This document shows, one piece after another, positions 20,299 through 29,900 of a DNA stretch of 50,989 nucleotides. The notes beneath the pieces were generated by a model. That model worked only from the letters and a program-made list of their open reading frames with translations, ran no database searches and was not told the origin of the DNA. Position 1 is the first letter of the stretch. Each line of letters begins with the position of its first letter. The stretch lies in the sequence record SRR20825006_1036; one strand, written 5' to 3'. Position numbers and translations under genes: made by a program.

Positions 20299-20433
20299 TT
20301 TCAATAATTACATTTAGTTGCACAAATGCCGCTTGTGGTTGTGATACGTCGTGAAGGGCTTGGCAGATGTCTGGTTGCGTATTAGCGGCTTCGAGACCTG
20401 AAGTCTTTGAGTAGTTAGTTAACAGGAGCATGA

Positions 20434-21819
20434 ATGAGCGAAGGCATGTCAGCCGACGCAAAACAGTCCGCTCGTAGCGCCCTCTCGCGGCGCGCGAGAG
20501 ACTTCATAACGCTTGTGTGCTGCTTCGGTTTTATCCTTCTTTTGATGTGGATTACAGGTGCAATTGGCCTGATTGAGGCGATTGCTGCCCTGTTGGTGGC
20601 CATGTCCGTCGCGACAGCCATCTTCGTGGGAACCGCGACGATCCTTCCCATCAGTCCACGGCTCTCGGTTGAGCCAGCGCTCGTTCAGCCGAATATTCAG
20701 GAATCTGCCATTCTTTTGGATGCATTGCCGCTGCCGGCTTTCGAGATTGATGACGAGCAACGCATTGTCACAATGAACGAAGAGGCGGAGTTCATTCTGC
20801 GGCTTGATGGGCGTGTAAACCCCCGCGCCAGTACCGTCATCCGGTCGCCGGGGCTGCTTTCTGCAATCGAGAATGCGATCCAGACTGGCACGGTCGAGCC
20901 GATGGCTGTGGAGGTCGAGAGCGGGCCGGACGAGACGTGGCGGGCGCATGTATCGCGACCCGGCCGGGCAAGACGTACGCTCGTCGTTCTGGAAGACCTC
21001 ACCCCTGTTCGCCGCGCCGCGCGGGCGCGATCAGACTTTCTGGCTAATGCGAGCCATGAATTGCGCACGCCGCTGACTGCGCTGTCGGGCTTTATCGAGA
21101 CGATGCGGGGCCCTGCCAAGGATGACAAGGATTCCTGGGACCGATTTCTGGCCATCATGGCCGGTGAGACCGAGCGCATGTCGCGATTGATCGCGGATTT
21201 GCTGTCCCTGTCGCGGATCGAGTCTTCTGAACATGTATCGCCGCGCGAACGCGAGGAATTTCGGGACATTGTCTCCGATGCCACACATGCTTTCAGCGCC
21301 ATCGCGGCGGAGAAGGGGGTACGGCTGGTGGTTCAGTCGGATGTTGGGCCCATGCCGGTGATCGCCCACCGCGACGAGATGATTCAGGTCGCGGAGAATC
21401 TCGTTTCAAACGCCCTGAAGTATTCAAAGGAAGGCGGACAGGTAATCCTGAGCTTTGGTATAGCCTCCGGTATGGCCGAAGCACGCTTGAAAGCGGGGCA
21501 GACCTGGGCCAGCAGCGAGCGCATGACCTTGTTGCCCGCGTCAAGCCGGCCAGGCACGCAGGAGCGCGCCATCTGGATGCGCGTAGAAGATCAGGGACCG
21601 GGGATCGAGCGTGAACACTTGCCACGTTTGGGCGAACGCTTTTACCGCGCCGATCAGAGCCGGGGGGGCAAGATCACCGGCACAGGGCTCGGCCTGGCCA
21701 TTGTGAAGCATATCATGGCCCATCATCGCGGCGGATTCTCGGTAGAGACGCGCATTGGCGAGGGGACGGCTTTCGGAGTCTGGTTGCCTGCTGCGCGCGA
21801 GGAGGGTTTGTCCGACTAG
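20434..21819 (+). CDS. phoR: PhoR-like sensor histidine kinase
   Basis: Two TM helices, PAS-like region, DFLANASHELRTPL, NLVSNALKY, IEREHLPRLGERFYRAD, GTGLGLAIVKH. Confidence 0.85.
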   Translation: MSEGMSADAKQSARSALSRRARDFITLVCCFGFILLLMWITGAIGLIEAIAALLVAMSVATAIFVGTATILPISPRLSVEPALVQPNIQESAILLDALPLPAFEIDDEQRIVTMNEEAEFILRLDGRVNPRASTVIRSPGLLSAIENAIQTGTVEPMAVEVESGPDETWRAHVSRPGRARRTLVVLEDLTPVRRAARARSDFLANASHELRTPLTALSGFIETMRGPAKDDKDSWDRFLAIMAGETERMSRLIADLLSLSRIESSEHVSPREREEFRDIVSDATHAFSAIAAEKGVRLVVQSDVGPMPVIAHRDEMIQVAENLVSNALKYSKEGGQVILSFGIASGMAEARLKAGQTWASSERMTLLPASSRPGTQERAIWMRVEDQGPGIEREHLPRLGERFYRADQSRGGKITGTGLGLAIVKHIMAHHRGGFSVETRIGEGTAFGVWLPAAREEGLSD

Positions 21820-22115
21820 TCGCGTGCGCGGCGCGCTGCATCAAACCAGTCGGTCACCATATTGCCTGGCAAGGCGTGCAGATCATGCAACCAGTTTGGC
21901 AGATTCTGCAGGGCACCTGCAGTGTCTTCCCAGCGACGCAAGTTTACGTCAGCGGCAATCTGAAATGCATCGCGCAATTTGTCTTCGGTCATCGGAGTCG
22001 CCATGCCTTTGGGCGCCATGACCGACATGCTTTTCTGAGTGGCAATCAGGGTTTCGAGCGTCGCAGCTGTCATGGACAGGCCCGCGCGCCACGGAGTTAG
22101 CCAGAGTTCGAGCAT
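21816..22115 (-). CDS. Hypothetical 99-aa helical protein (possible phasin-like)
   Basis: GAGG RBS upstream; fills the gap between phoR and murI; amphipathic, Ala/Trp/Met-rich sequence. Confidence 0.72.
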   Translation of the reverse strand: MLELWLTPWRAGLSMTAATLETLIATQKSMSVMAPKGMATPMTEDKLRDAFQIAADVNLRRWEDTAGALQNLPNWLHDLHALPGNMVTDWFDAARRARD

Positions 22116-22157
22116 TGCATTACCTCACATTCCTACAACAGACATAGGGCTTAATGC

Positions 22158-22169
22158 TGCGCTGCACAA
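22158..22169. promoter_or_regulatory. PhaR-type binding box TGCGCTGCACAA
   Basis: Fits TGC-N3-GCA and the TGCRNYGCASMA consensus I recall for Bradyrhizobium PhaR; 42 nt upstream of the 99-aa ORF start. Confidence 0.55.
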
Positions 22170-22238
22170 CAAATCCCGTGCCATTGCGTATTTCATGCCC
22201 TGTTTCCGCCACAGCGGAATGCGACTAGGATTCCTGCA

Positions 22239-23111
22239 ATGCCTGCCGATACGCTCCCGCCGAATTTCGTGCCATCCCCCGCCCGGGGCAGGGTGTTGGT
22301 ATTCGATTCCGGCATGGGTGGTTTGACCGTTGTGGAAGAAATACGCGCCTTGGGACCGGCGCTAGGTATCCATTACTCTGCTGACTCTGCCTTTTTCCCC
22401 TATGGTGAGAAGTCCGATGAAGCCTTGCAGGCGCGTTTGCCGGCAGTTGCCAAGGCGCTGTGCGATAAAGTCAAGCCGGATGTCTTCGTGATTGCCTGCA
22501 ACACAGCGTCGACTCTGGCTCTGCAGGACGTGCGGGCTGCTCTGGATATTCCGGTTGTTGGAACAGTACCGGCTATCAAGCCAGCGGCTCAATTGTCCCA
22601 GACCGGCACTATCGGTTTGCTGGCAACCCCCGGAACGGTGCGGCGCGCCTATACGGCTGAACTCATTTCCAATTTTGCGCGAGATGTGGACGTTGTGATG
22701 CATGGCAGTATCGAACTGGTGAAACTCGCAGAGGCGCATGCGCGCGGCGAGGATCTGCCGATCAATGCCTTCGAGGCAGTCCAGAAGCCTATGTTCGACG
22801 CTCCGGGTGGGGACCGGATCGATACGGTCGTATTGGCGTGCACGCATTTCCCGCTCGTGCGGGCGCAATTGGTGGCCAGTGCCCCGCGGCCTGTCAGCTA
22901 TATTGACTCAGGAGCGGCGATCGCGCGCCAGACCATCCGTGTGCTTCCGCCAGAGACTGAAGCGCAGGGAATTGGGGGCCATGCGTGGCTGACCTCGTTG
23001 CCTGAAGACGTGCCAGATCTGGCGCTTGTCCTCAGGCGGTACGGGTTTCCTAACGTTCAGCGTGTGCCGGACGCGCCGATCGAGATCACTTCTGCGCCGA
23101 CCGCATTGTAG
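22239..23111 (+). CDS. murI: Glutamate racemase
   Basis: FDSGMGGLTV, FPYGEK, IACNTAS, LACTHF. Confidence 0.96.
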   Translation: MPADTLPPNFVPSPARGRVLVFDSGMGGLTVVEEIRALGPALGIHYSADSAFFPYGEKSDEALQARLPAVAKALCDKVKPDVFVIACNTASTLALQDVRAALDIPVVGTVPAIKPAAQLSQTGTIGLLATPGTVRRAYTAELISNFARDVDVVMHGSIELVKLAEAHARGEDLPINAFEAVQKPMFDAPGGDRIDTVVLACTHFPLVRAQLVASAPRPVSYIDSGAAIARQTIRVLPPETEAQGIGGHAWLTSLPEDVPDLALVLRRYGFPNVQRVPDAPIEITSAPTAL

Positions 23112-24250
23112 AGGCTTGGCCAAGGCGCATCGTGAACGCGGGCGACCAGAGTTTCCCCGAAGCCATTGAAGCGACTGGACATGGCCCGGCCGTAGGCGCC
23201 CAGGTTTCCGAATTCCAGATAGTCACCTTCTTCGAGGCCGGCAGGCAGCCAAACTTTGGCAGGGAACTTGTCGGTAGAATCGCAAGTCGGGCCGTACACG
23301 GTGTACTCAACAAGTCGGCCAAGCGTGCGTCCATTGCTTGGCAGGGCCCGCATCGGGAACGACCAGCGCTCGTGAACTGCATCATAGAGGGCGCCATAAG
23401 AACCGTCATTGATGTAGATCGCGTCATCCTTCACCAACTCAATACGGGCAAGCAGGCTTTCCGACTCGGCAACCAGCGCGCGGCCGGGCTCACACCACAA
23501 CTCGGCGTTTTCAAGAACGAACATGTTCTCGAAGGCCTGCTCAACCATCGCCGCATAGTCTTCCAGAGATGGCGGAGGATTGTCCGCATAGATCGAAGGG
23601 AAGCCACCGCCGACATCCACGATATCAACCGTGACCGAAGCCGCGATGATGATGCGGGACACATCGGCCATAGCCGTCCACCAGGCGGTAGGCTTCATCG
23701 CCTGGCTGCCGACATGGAAGGATACGCCCAGTTCGTCCGCATAATGGCGGGCTTCACGCAGGATCTCGGTCGCGTCTTCTGCGCTGGCACCGAATTTACC
23801 TGCCAGCGGCAGAGCAGCACCGTCACAGGATACAGCGATCCGTACAATGATCGTAAGGTCCTTGGCGTAGCCGGTTTCCTCGAGGATCTTGTGCAGTTCC
23901 TGCATCGTGTCGGTGACAAAAATTCGTACACCAAACTCGTGATAAGCGCGCTGGATGGCGCGGCGGTTCTTCACAGGGTGCAGGAAGGCCATGCGGGCGC
24001 CCGGGAATTTGCGATGGATCAGTTCGATCTCTGGCAGCGATGCCGTATCGAAACTGCGTACGCCAGCTTCCCAGAGGGCTTCGAGCACATGCTCGCCCGG
24101 GTTCGCCTTCACGGCATAGAATGGCTCGCCAGGGAACTTTTCCTTGAACCATTTTGCGGCTGCAGTGACCCGCTCCGGGCGGAAACACCATACCGGCAGA
24201 TCAGGCTGCGCATCGGCAACAATATTATAGGGGGTAGCATAGGAGTGCAT
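23057..24250 (-). CDS. Ornithine/lysine decarboxylase (fold-type III PLP enzyme)
   Basis: FYAVKAN, FHVGSQ, DVGGGF, EPGR, GPTCD, GAY; GGAGG RBS before MHSYATP. Confidence 0.94.
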   Translation of the reverse strand: MHSYATPYNIVADAQPDLPVWCFRPERVTAAAKWFKEKFPGEPFYAVKANPGEHVLEALWEAGVRSFDTASLPEIELIHRKFPGARMAFLHPVKNRRAIQRAYHEFGVRIFVTDTMQELHKILEETGYAKDLTIIVRIAVSCDGAALPLAGKFGASAEDATEILREARHYADELGVSFHVGSQAMKPTAWWTAMADVSRIIIAASVTVDIVDVGGGFPSIYADNPPPSLEDYAAMVEQAFENMFVLENAELWCEPGRALVAESESLLARIELVKDDAIYINDGSYGALYDAVHERWSFPMRALPSNGRTLGRLVEYTVYGPTCDSTDKFPAKVWLPAGLEEGDYLEFGNLGAYGRAMSSRFNGFGETLVARVHDAPWPSLYNAVGAEVISIGASGTR

Positions 24251-24354
24251 GACACCTAACCTCCAAAGGGCTTTTAACCAGCTTTGGGCGTTAGTACAGG
24301 GGGCCCCCAGTTTAAGGGTTGGCCCAGATGTCCGCCACATCGATTTCGAGGGGC

Positions 24355-24383
24355 GATGTAGGGGACTCTTTTCGGTCATGCAA
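24355..24383 (-). promoter_or_regulatory. Putative sigma70 promoter of the decarboxylase
   Basis: TTGCAT (24383-24378) N17 TACATC (24360-24355), matching the alphaproteobacterial CTTG..N17..CTAYA type. Confidence 0.6.
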
Positions 24384-24516
24384 GCAAAAATTTCGGGCAA
24401 CCTGATATTTTTGTCACCCACACATCACATTGAACGGGTAGGGACCTTGCTTTATGGGCATCAGGCCGGGTGCCAACGCCCCTCAGCCAGATGTCGTTCG
24501 CCGGAGCCATGATCGC

Positions 24517-25617
24517 ATGACAGCCAGAATTGGCAGTATTCTTTTCCCCCTCGTTCTTTTGTTCTCGGCTGCGTGCGGCCGGACTGACCTGTCTGATCTG
24601 GACACGGGAGACACCATCCCGCCGCCACCTGTCAGCGCAGACGGCACACACAAAATTCGCATAGTCGGTTCCTCCACGGTCGCGCCGTTTGCAACAACCG
24701 TTGCCGAGCGTTTTGGGGCGACCACGCGTTATCCGACCCCCATAGTGGAAACCACAGGGACGGGCGGGGGGTTCAAGACATTCTGCCAGAAAATCGGACC
24801 GGATCGTCCGTCGATCTCGGACGCCTCACGCATGATTACTGAAAGCGAACAGGCGCTGTGTGCCGAAAATGGGATAACCGAAATAACGGCCTTGTCGGTC
24901 GGGTTCGATGGGATTGTGCTGGCCAATGCTCGTCAGGCTCCGACTCTTGACCTGACGAAGGAGGAAGTGTTCCTCGCGCTGGCGGCTCACATTCCAGATG
25001 GGCAGGGCGGTTTCCGCCCCAATCCCTACAAGAACTGGTCCGAGATCAGCCCGGACTTGCCTGACGAGCCAATCATGGTGCTTGGACCGCCGCCTACATC
25101 TGGCACGCGGGATGCCTTCACCGAGCTCGGCATGGAGCAAGGCGCGCTTGCCTTGCCGGAATTGGTGGAGTTAAAGCAGGCTGACCCGGCAGCCTTCCGG
25201 CTGCGCACGCATACGATTCGTACCGATGGTGCGTGGATCGACCTTGGTGAAAATGATACGGCGATCATCCAGTCGCTGATCAAGACACCAACGGCTGTGG
25301 GCGTGCTAGGCTATTCTTTTCTCGAGCAGAATGGAGATCGCGTGAAGGCGGCGCATCTGGATGGCGTACCGGTGACCTTCGAGGCCATCGCGTCAGGCGA
25401 GTATGGCTTGTCGCGCAGCATGTACATCTATGTGAAGAACCAGAATATCCCGCTCGTACCGGGCCTGACCGAATTCGTTCAGGAATTTGTATCAGACCGC
25501 GCCATGGGGCCGGATGGCTATCTGCTCGAAAAGGGCCTGATCCCGTTACCGGATGAATTACGCATTGCCGAGCAGGAGGTGGCCCGACAGCTCGAGACAA
25601 GGGTTGCCCGCGAATAG
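24517..25617 (+). CDS. pstS: Phosphate ABC transporter substrate-binding lipoprotein
   Basis: SAAC lipobox, IVGSSTVAPF, ETTGTGGGFKTFC, GPPPTSGTRDAF. Confidence 0.9.
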   Translation: MTARIGSILFPLVLLFSAACGRTDLSDLDTGDTIPPPPVSADGTHKIRIVGSSTVAPFATTVAERFGATTRYPTPIVETTGTGGGFKTFCQKIGPDRPSISDASRMITESEQALCAENGITEITALSVGFDGIVLANARQAPTLDLTKEEVFLALAAHIPDGQGGFRPNPYKNWSEISPDLPDEPIMVLGPPPTSGTRDAFTELGMEQGALALPELVELKQADPAAFRLRTHTIRTDGAWIDLGENDTAIIQSLIKTPTAVGVLGYSFLEQNGDRVKAAHLDGVPVTFEAIASGEYGLSRSMYIYVKNQNIPLVPGLTEFVQEFVSDRAMGPDGYLLEKGLIPLPDELRIAEQEVARQLETRVARE

Positions 25618-26724
25618 CTATAGGCTGGGCAAGGTTGGCTTCTTCCGGCGGCGCAGCCTGATCTTTTGCCAGAACCGCTTGCGGGCGGGGGCTGGCAGCG
25701 GCTGCAAATTCTCGATGAAGGCTTCGGCGCAGGCGCGCCAGCTATAGGTCTCGGCATAGGCGCGGCACGTGGCGCGGCTGAGCGAGAGACAGGCGACAGC
25801 GCCTTCGGCAAGATTGCCGCCAGCAGGTGTAATCGTCCCGGCATCGGAGCCCGGGATAACATCGCGCGGACCGGTCGCATCATAGGCCGCAACCGGTGTG
25901 CCGGACGCCATGGCTTCCAGAACAACAAGTCCGAATGTGTCCGTCATGCTCGGAAAGACAAAGACATCTGCGCCAGCATAGCAGGTCGCGAGTTCTTCAT
26001 TGAACTTTGCGCCCAGGAAGACGACGTCTTTATAGCGCTTCTGCAATTCCTCGCGCTGCGGGCCATCGCCAATGATCACTTTCGTGCCCGGCAAGTCCAG
26101 TTCGGCAAAGGCTTCGATGTTTTTTTCCACGGCGACGCGGCCGACATTCAGGAAAATCGGGCGTGGCAGGCCCTCAAACGGGTCGCCCGGCTGACCTTCC
26201 TCGATGCGGCGCTCCGGGGTGAACATGTTGGTGTCCACACCCCGGCTCCAGGCGACGAGATTGATGAAGCGCTGGGCCTCCAGCTCCTTCACCATGGAGG
26301 GGGTCGGTACCATGACCTTTCCGGAATATTTGTGGAACCAGCGCACAAAGGAGTATCCAGCCCGGGTGGGGACCGGTAGTCGCGCTGAAACATATTCTGG
26401 AAATCGTGTATGATAGGCGGTCGAAAAGGGGTGTTTCACCATGAGGCACATGGCGCGCCCGGCCATGCCGAGGGTGCCTTCGGTAGCGATATGGATAGCG
26501 TCAGGCTCGAATTCGTGGAACCGATCTTCAATCCTGCGCCGGGCGAACAGGGCCAGCTTGATTTCCGGATAGGTCGGCAGTGGCATGGTTCGAAACCCCT
26601 GGCCGGGATGAACAATCTCCCAGACATGGCCCATAGCCTCGGTTTCTTCGATCACGCGCTTCATTGTGCGCACGACGCCATTAACCTGAGGATCCCAGGC
26701 GTCCGTAACGAGCATGATGCGCAT
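25618..26724 (-). CDS. GT4 glycosyltransferase, Agt-like (glycosyl/glucuronosyl-diacylglycerol synthase candidate)
   Basis: MRIMLVTDAWDPQVNGVVRT, HIATEG, VGRVAVEKN, FPSMTDTFGLVVLEAMASGTPV. Confidence 0.9.
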   Translation of the reverse strand: MRIMLVTDAWDPQVNGVVRTMKRVIEETEAMGHVWEIVHPGQGFRTMPLPTYPEIKLALFARRRIEDRFHEFEPDAIHIATEGTLGMAGRAMCLMVKHPFSTAYHTRFPEYVSARLPVPTRAGYSFVRWFHKYSGKVMVPTPSMVKELEAQRFINLVAWSRGVDTNMFTPERRIEEGQPGDPFEGLPRPIFLNVGRVAVEKNIEAFAELDLPGTKVIIGDGPQREELQKRYKDVVFLGAKFNEELATCYAGADVFVFPSMTDTFGLVVLEAMASGTPVAAYDATGPRDVIPGSDAGTITPAGGNLAEGAVACLSLSRATCRAYAETYSWRACAEAFIENLQPLPAPARKRFWQKIRLRRRKKPTLPSL

Positions 26725-26951
26725 GAGCGCTCCTTCAACAGCCTCAGCCAGTCCCGCGCCAATGTGGCCGTGTTGGTGCACTGCGTAAAGAGGCCGGGAT
26801 GCGTTGAACTTCTCTCGCATCGGGTCATGTGAAAAGATATAGATAATTCGGAATTGGTGCAGATCGGGGCAGGACTAACCCGTTTGCACCACATTCAGGC
26901 TGATAATTGCTCCTACGCCTACAGGCTCACACTTACCGGACCAGTACCCAT

Positions 26952-29900
26952 ATGGCTGACACGCTCGCGCTTGAAAAAATTGACTGGCATGCACTCGACC
27001 AGATTAAGTTTGCGGATGAGGAGGCCTTGCTGGAGGATCTGCTCAAACAGACACCACTATCCGATGACTTGCGCCAGGCAACCATGCGTCGAGCGCTGGA
27101 ACTGGTCGAGACCGCCCGTGCGCGTGGCCGCGATAAGGGCATGATGGAAAGCTTCCTTGAGGAGTTTGGTCTGTCGAATGCAGAAGGTCTGGCCTTGATG
27201 TGTCTGGCCGAGGCGCTGCTGAGGGTGCCCGACGCCGAAACGCGCGATGAGTTGATTGCAGAGAAAATCCGCTCCGGCGACTGGAGCGCGCACCAAGGAC
27301 AGTCCGAATCCTGGCTGGTAAATGCCTCCACCTGGGGGTTGATGCTGACCGGGCAAGTAATTGGTGTGCCTGCAAGCCTGAAGAAAGGACCCGCGAAGTT
27401 TATTCAGGGCCTGATCCGCGAAAGCGGTGAACCGGTCATCCGCGCTGCCATGATGCAGGCCATGCGCATCATGGGTGAACAGTTTGTTCTCGGACGGACC
27501 GTGAAGGATGCCCAGAAGCGCGGACGCAGAATGGTCAAGGCAGGGGATGCAGCGCATTTCAGCTTCGACATGCTCGGGGAAGGGGCCCGCACCGCCGAAG
27601 ATGCCGCGCGTTACCTGAAAGCTTACCAGCACGCGATTGATGGCGTTGCCGCCGAAAAGGATAAATCCACCGCGCCGGAACAAGGTAATGGCGTATCGGT
27701 GAAAATGTCAGCGCTTCACCCGCGCTACGAAGCGGTAAACCGAGCGCGGATCATGGATGAAATGTATCCGTCCGTGCTGGAGCTATGTGAACGCGCAGCG
27801 AAAGCCAATATCAACCTCTGTCTTGATGCGGAGGAAGCTGACCGGCTGGTGCTCAGCTTGCAGATTCTTGATCGGCTCGCGCGGGAACCTTCGCTGAGGA
27901 ACTGGAACGGGCTGGGGCTGGCTGTTCAGGCTTACCAGAAGCGCGCAGGTGATGTGATCGACCGGCTGAAAGATCTCGCCGAGCAGACAGGCCATCGTTT
28001 CATGGTGCGGCTCGTGAAGGGCGCATACTGGGACAGCGAAATCAAGCATGCCCACGTCGAGGGCTATCCGAACTTCCCGGTCTTCACCACAAAGGCCGGG
28101 ACCGACTTCAACTATCTGGCCTGCGCGCGCAAGATGCTGGAAGCCAAGGATGCCATCTACCCGCAATTTGCCACGCACAATGCGCACTCGGTTGCCGCGA
28201 TCGAGATGCTCGCTGATGAGATTGGGAACTCGACATTCGAGTTCCAGCGCTTGCATGGTATGGGAGAGGCGCTCTATGGGGCTGCCGGTCTAGGCCGCCG
28301 CGTACGGGTCTATGCACCTGTCGGTGCGCACAAAGACTTGCTTCCATATCTGGTGCGACGCCTGCTGGAAAATGGCGCGAATACAAGCTTTGTACACTCC
28401 TTCCTTGATCCGGACGTGCCGCCTGAACAGGTTGTGGCGGATCCCATCGTCAAGGTGGAGGTCGGTCCCCGACGTCACCCGCGCATCCCGACGCCGCCAC
28501 GGCTGTATGGCGCTGAACGTCGCAACTCCACCGGTCTCGACCTCAGCCAGCGCAGTGTGCGCGATGAGATGGCCGCCGCGATCAAGAGTTTCCGGGACAG
28601 CCCTTCGATTGCGGCTGGACCTATCGTGTCTGGCAAAGCGGTCACAGGTGGTGGAGAGATGATCCGCGTGCCGTTTGATACCGAGACCGTTCTTGGCAGC
28701 TGCCGGGAAGCGCAGGATGACGATATCGACCGGGCACTGACAGCGGCGACCCGGTTTCAGCCCGGCTGGGATGAGCTCGGCGGCGCGGAGCGAGCGAAAC
28801 ATCTGCGTGCCATGGGCGACGCGCTTGAGGAAAATGCCGAACGGCTGATCGCGCTGATGGCTCGCGAAGCCGGCAAGACGTTGGCGGATGGTATTGCGGA
28901 AGTCCGGGAAGCAGTCGATTTTTGTCGCTACTACGCCATGCAGGCGGAAGCGGAATTCACGACACTGCAGAAATTACCCGGGCCGACTGGCGAAACCAAT
29001 CACATCTCCCTGCACGGCCGCGGTGTATTTTGTTGCATCAGTCCATGGAACTTCCCGCTGGCTATTTTCACGGGTCAAGTTTCCGCGGCATTGGCTGCGG
29101 GTAACACGGTGGTGGCAAAGCCGGCAGAACAGACGCCCCTGATTGCGTTCGAGGCGGTGAAACTGTTCCAGAAGGTCGGGTTGCCAGGTGACGCCTTGCA
29201 TCTATTGCCGGGCGGGGGGGAATCGGTTGGCGCCAAGCTGATCGGAGACCTTCGTGTATCCGGCGTATGCTTCACCGGCGGGACGACGACAGCCCGGATC
29301 ATCAACAAGACACTGGCGGACCGCGACGGTCCGATTACACCGCTGATCGCCGAAACAGGCGGTTTGAACAGCATGTTCGTCGATACAACGGCGCTGAGAG
29401 AGCAAGTCATAGATGATGTTATTGACTCCGCCTTTGGGTCAGCGGGCCAGCGTTGTTCCGCGCTTCGGATCGTGTTCCTGCCGAACGAGACTGCAGACCA
29501 TCTGATCGAAGGCTTGATCGGTGCGATGGACGAGCTCAACATCGGTGACCCCGGTCAGCCAAACACCGATTTGGGTCCCGTGATCGATGCAGAGTCCCGC
29601 GCTTCCCTTCAGGCCTATGTCCAGATGATGAAGGACGAGGCTAAGGTGTTGCACCAATTGTCGCCCGGCCGGATCGGCGAAACGGGCTATGGGTTTGGTC
29701 CCGCGCTGATTGAGCTGAGTTCCATCGACCAGATAACTGAGGAGAAGTTCGGCCCGATCCTTCATGTACTGCGGTACGATCCGGATGACATTGCTGAAGT
29801 TGGCGCAATGATGAGAGGCAAGGGATACGGACTGACACTGGGCGTTCATTCGCGGCTCGAAAGCTTTCAGCAGGAGGTGCGCGACGCCTATCCTGTTGGC

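Noticed and set aside
20297..20324. dif-like 28-mer on the minus strand (TGTGCAACTAA ATGTAA TTATTGAAAAA)
   Set aside because: Only 7/11 matches per arm to E. coli dif, and the conserved TTATGT core of the XerD arm is broken; better explained as AT-rich promoter DNA
24251..24421. In-frame upstream extension of the decarboxylase ORF or a leader peptide
   Set aside because: Promoter and GGAGG RBS favour ATG 24250; no separate uORF with its own RBS is evident
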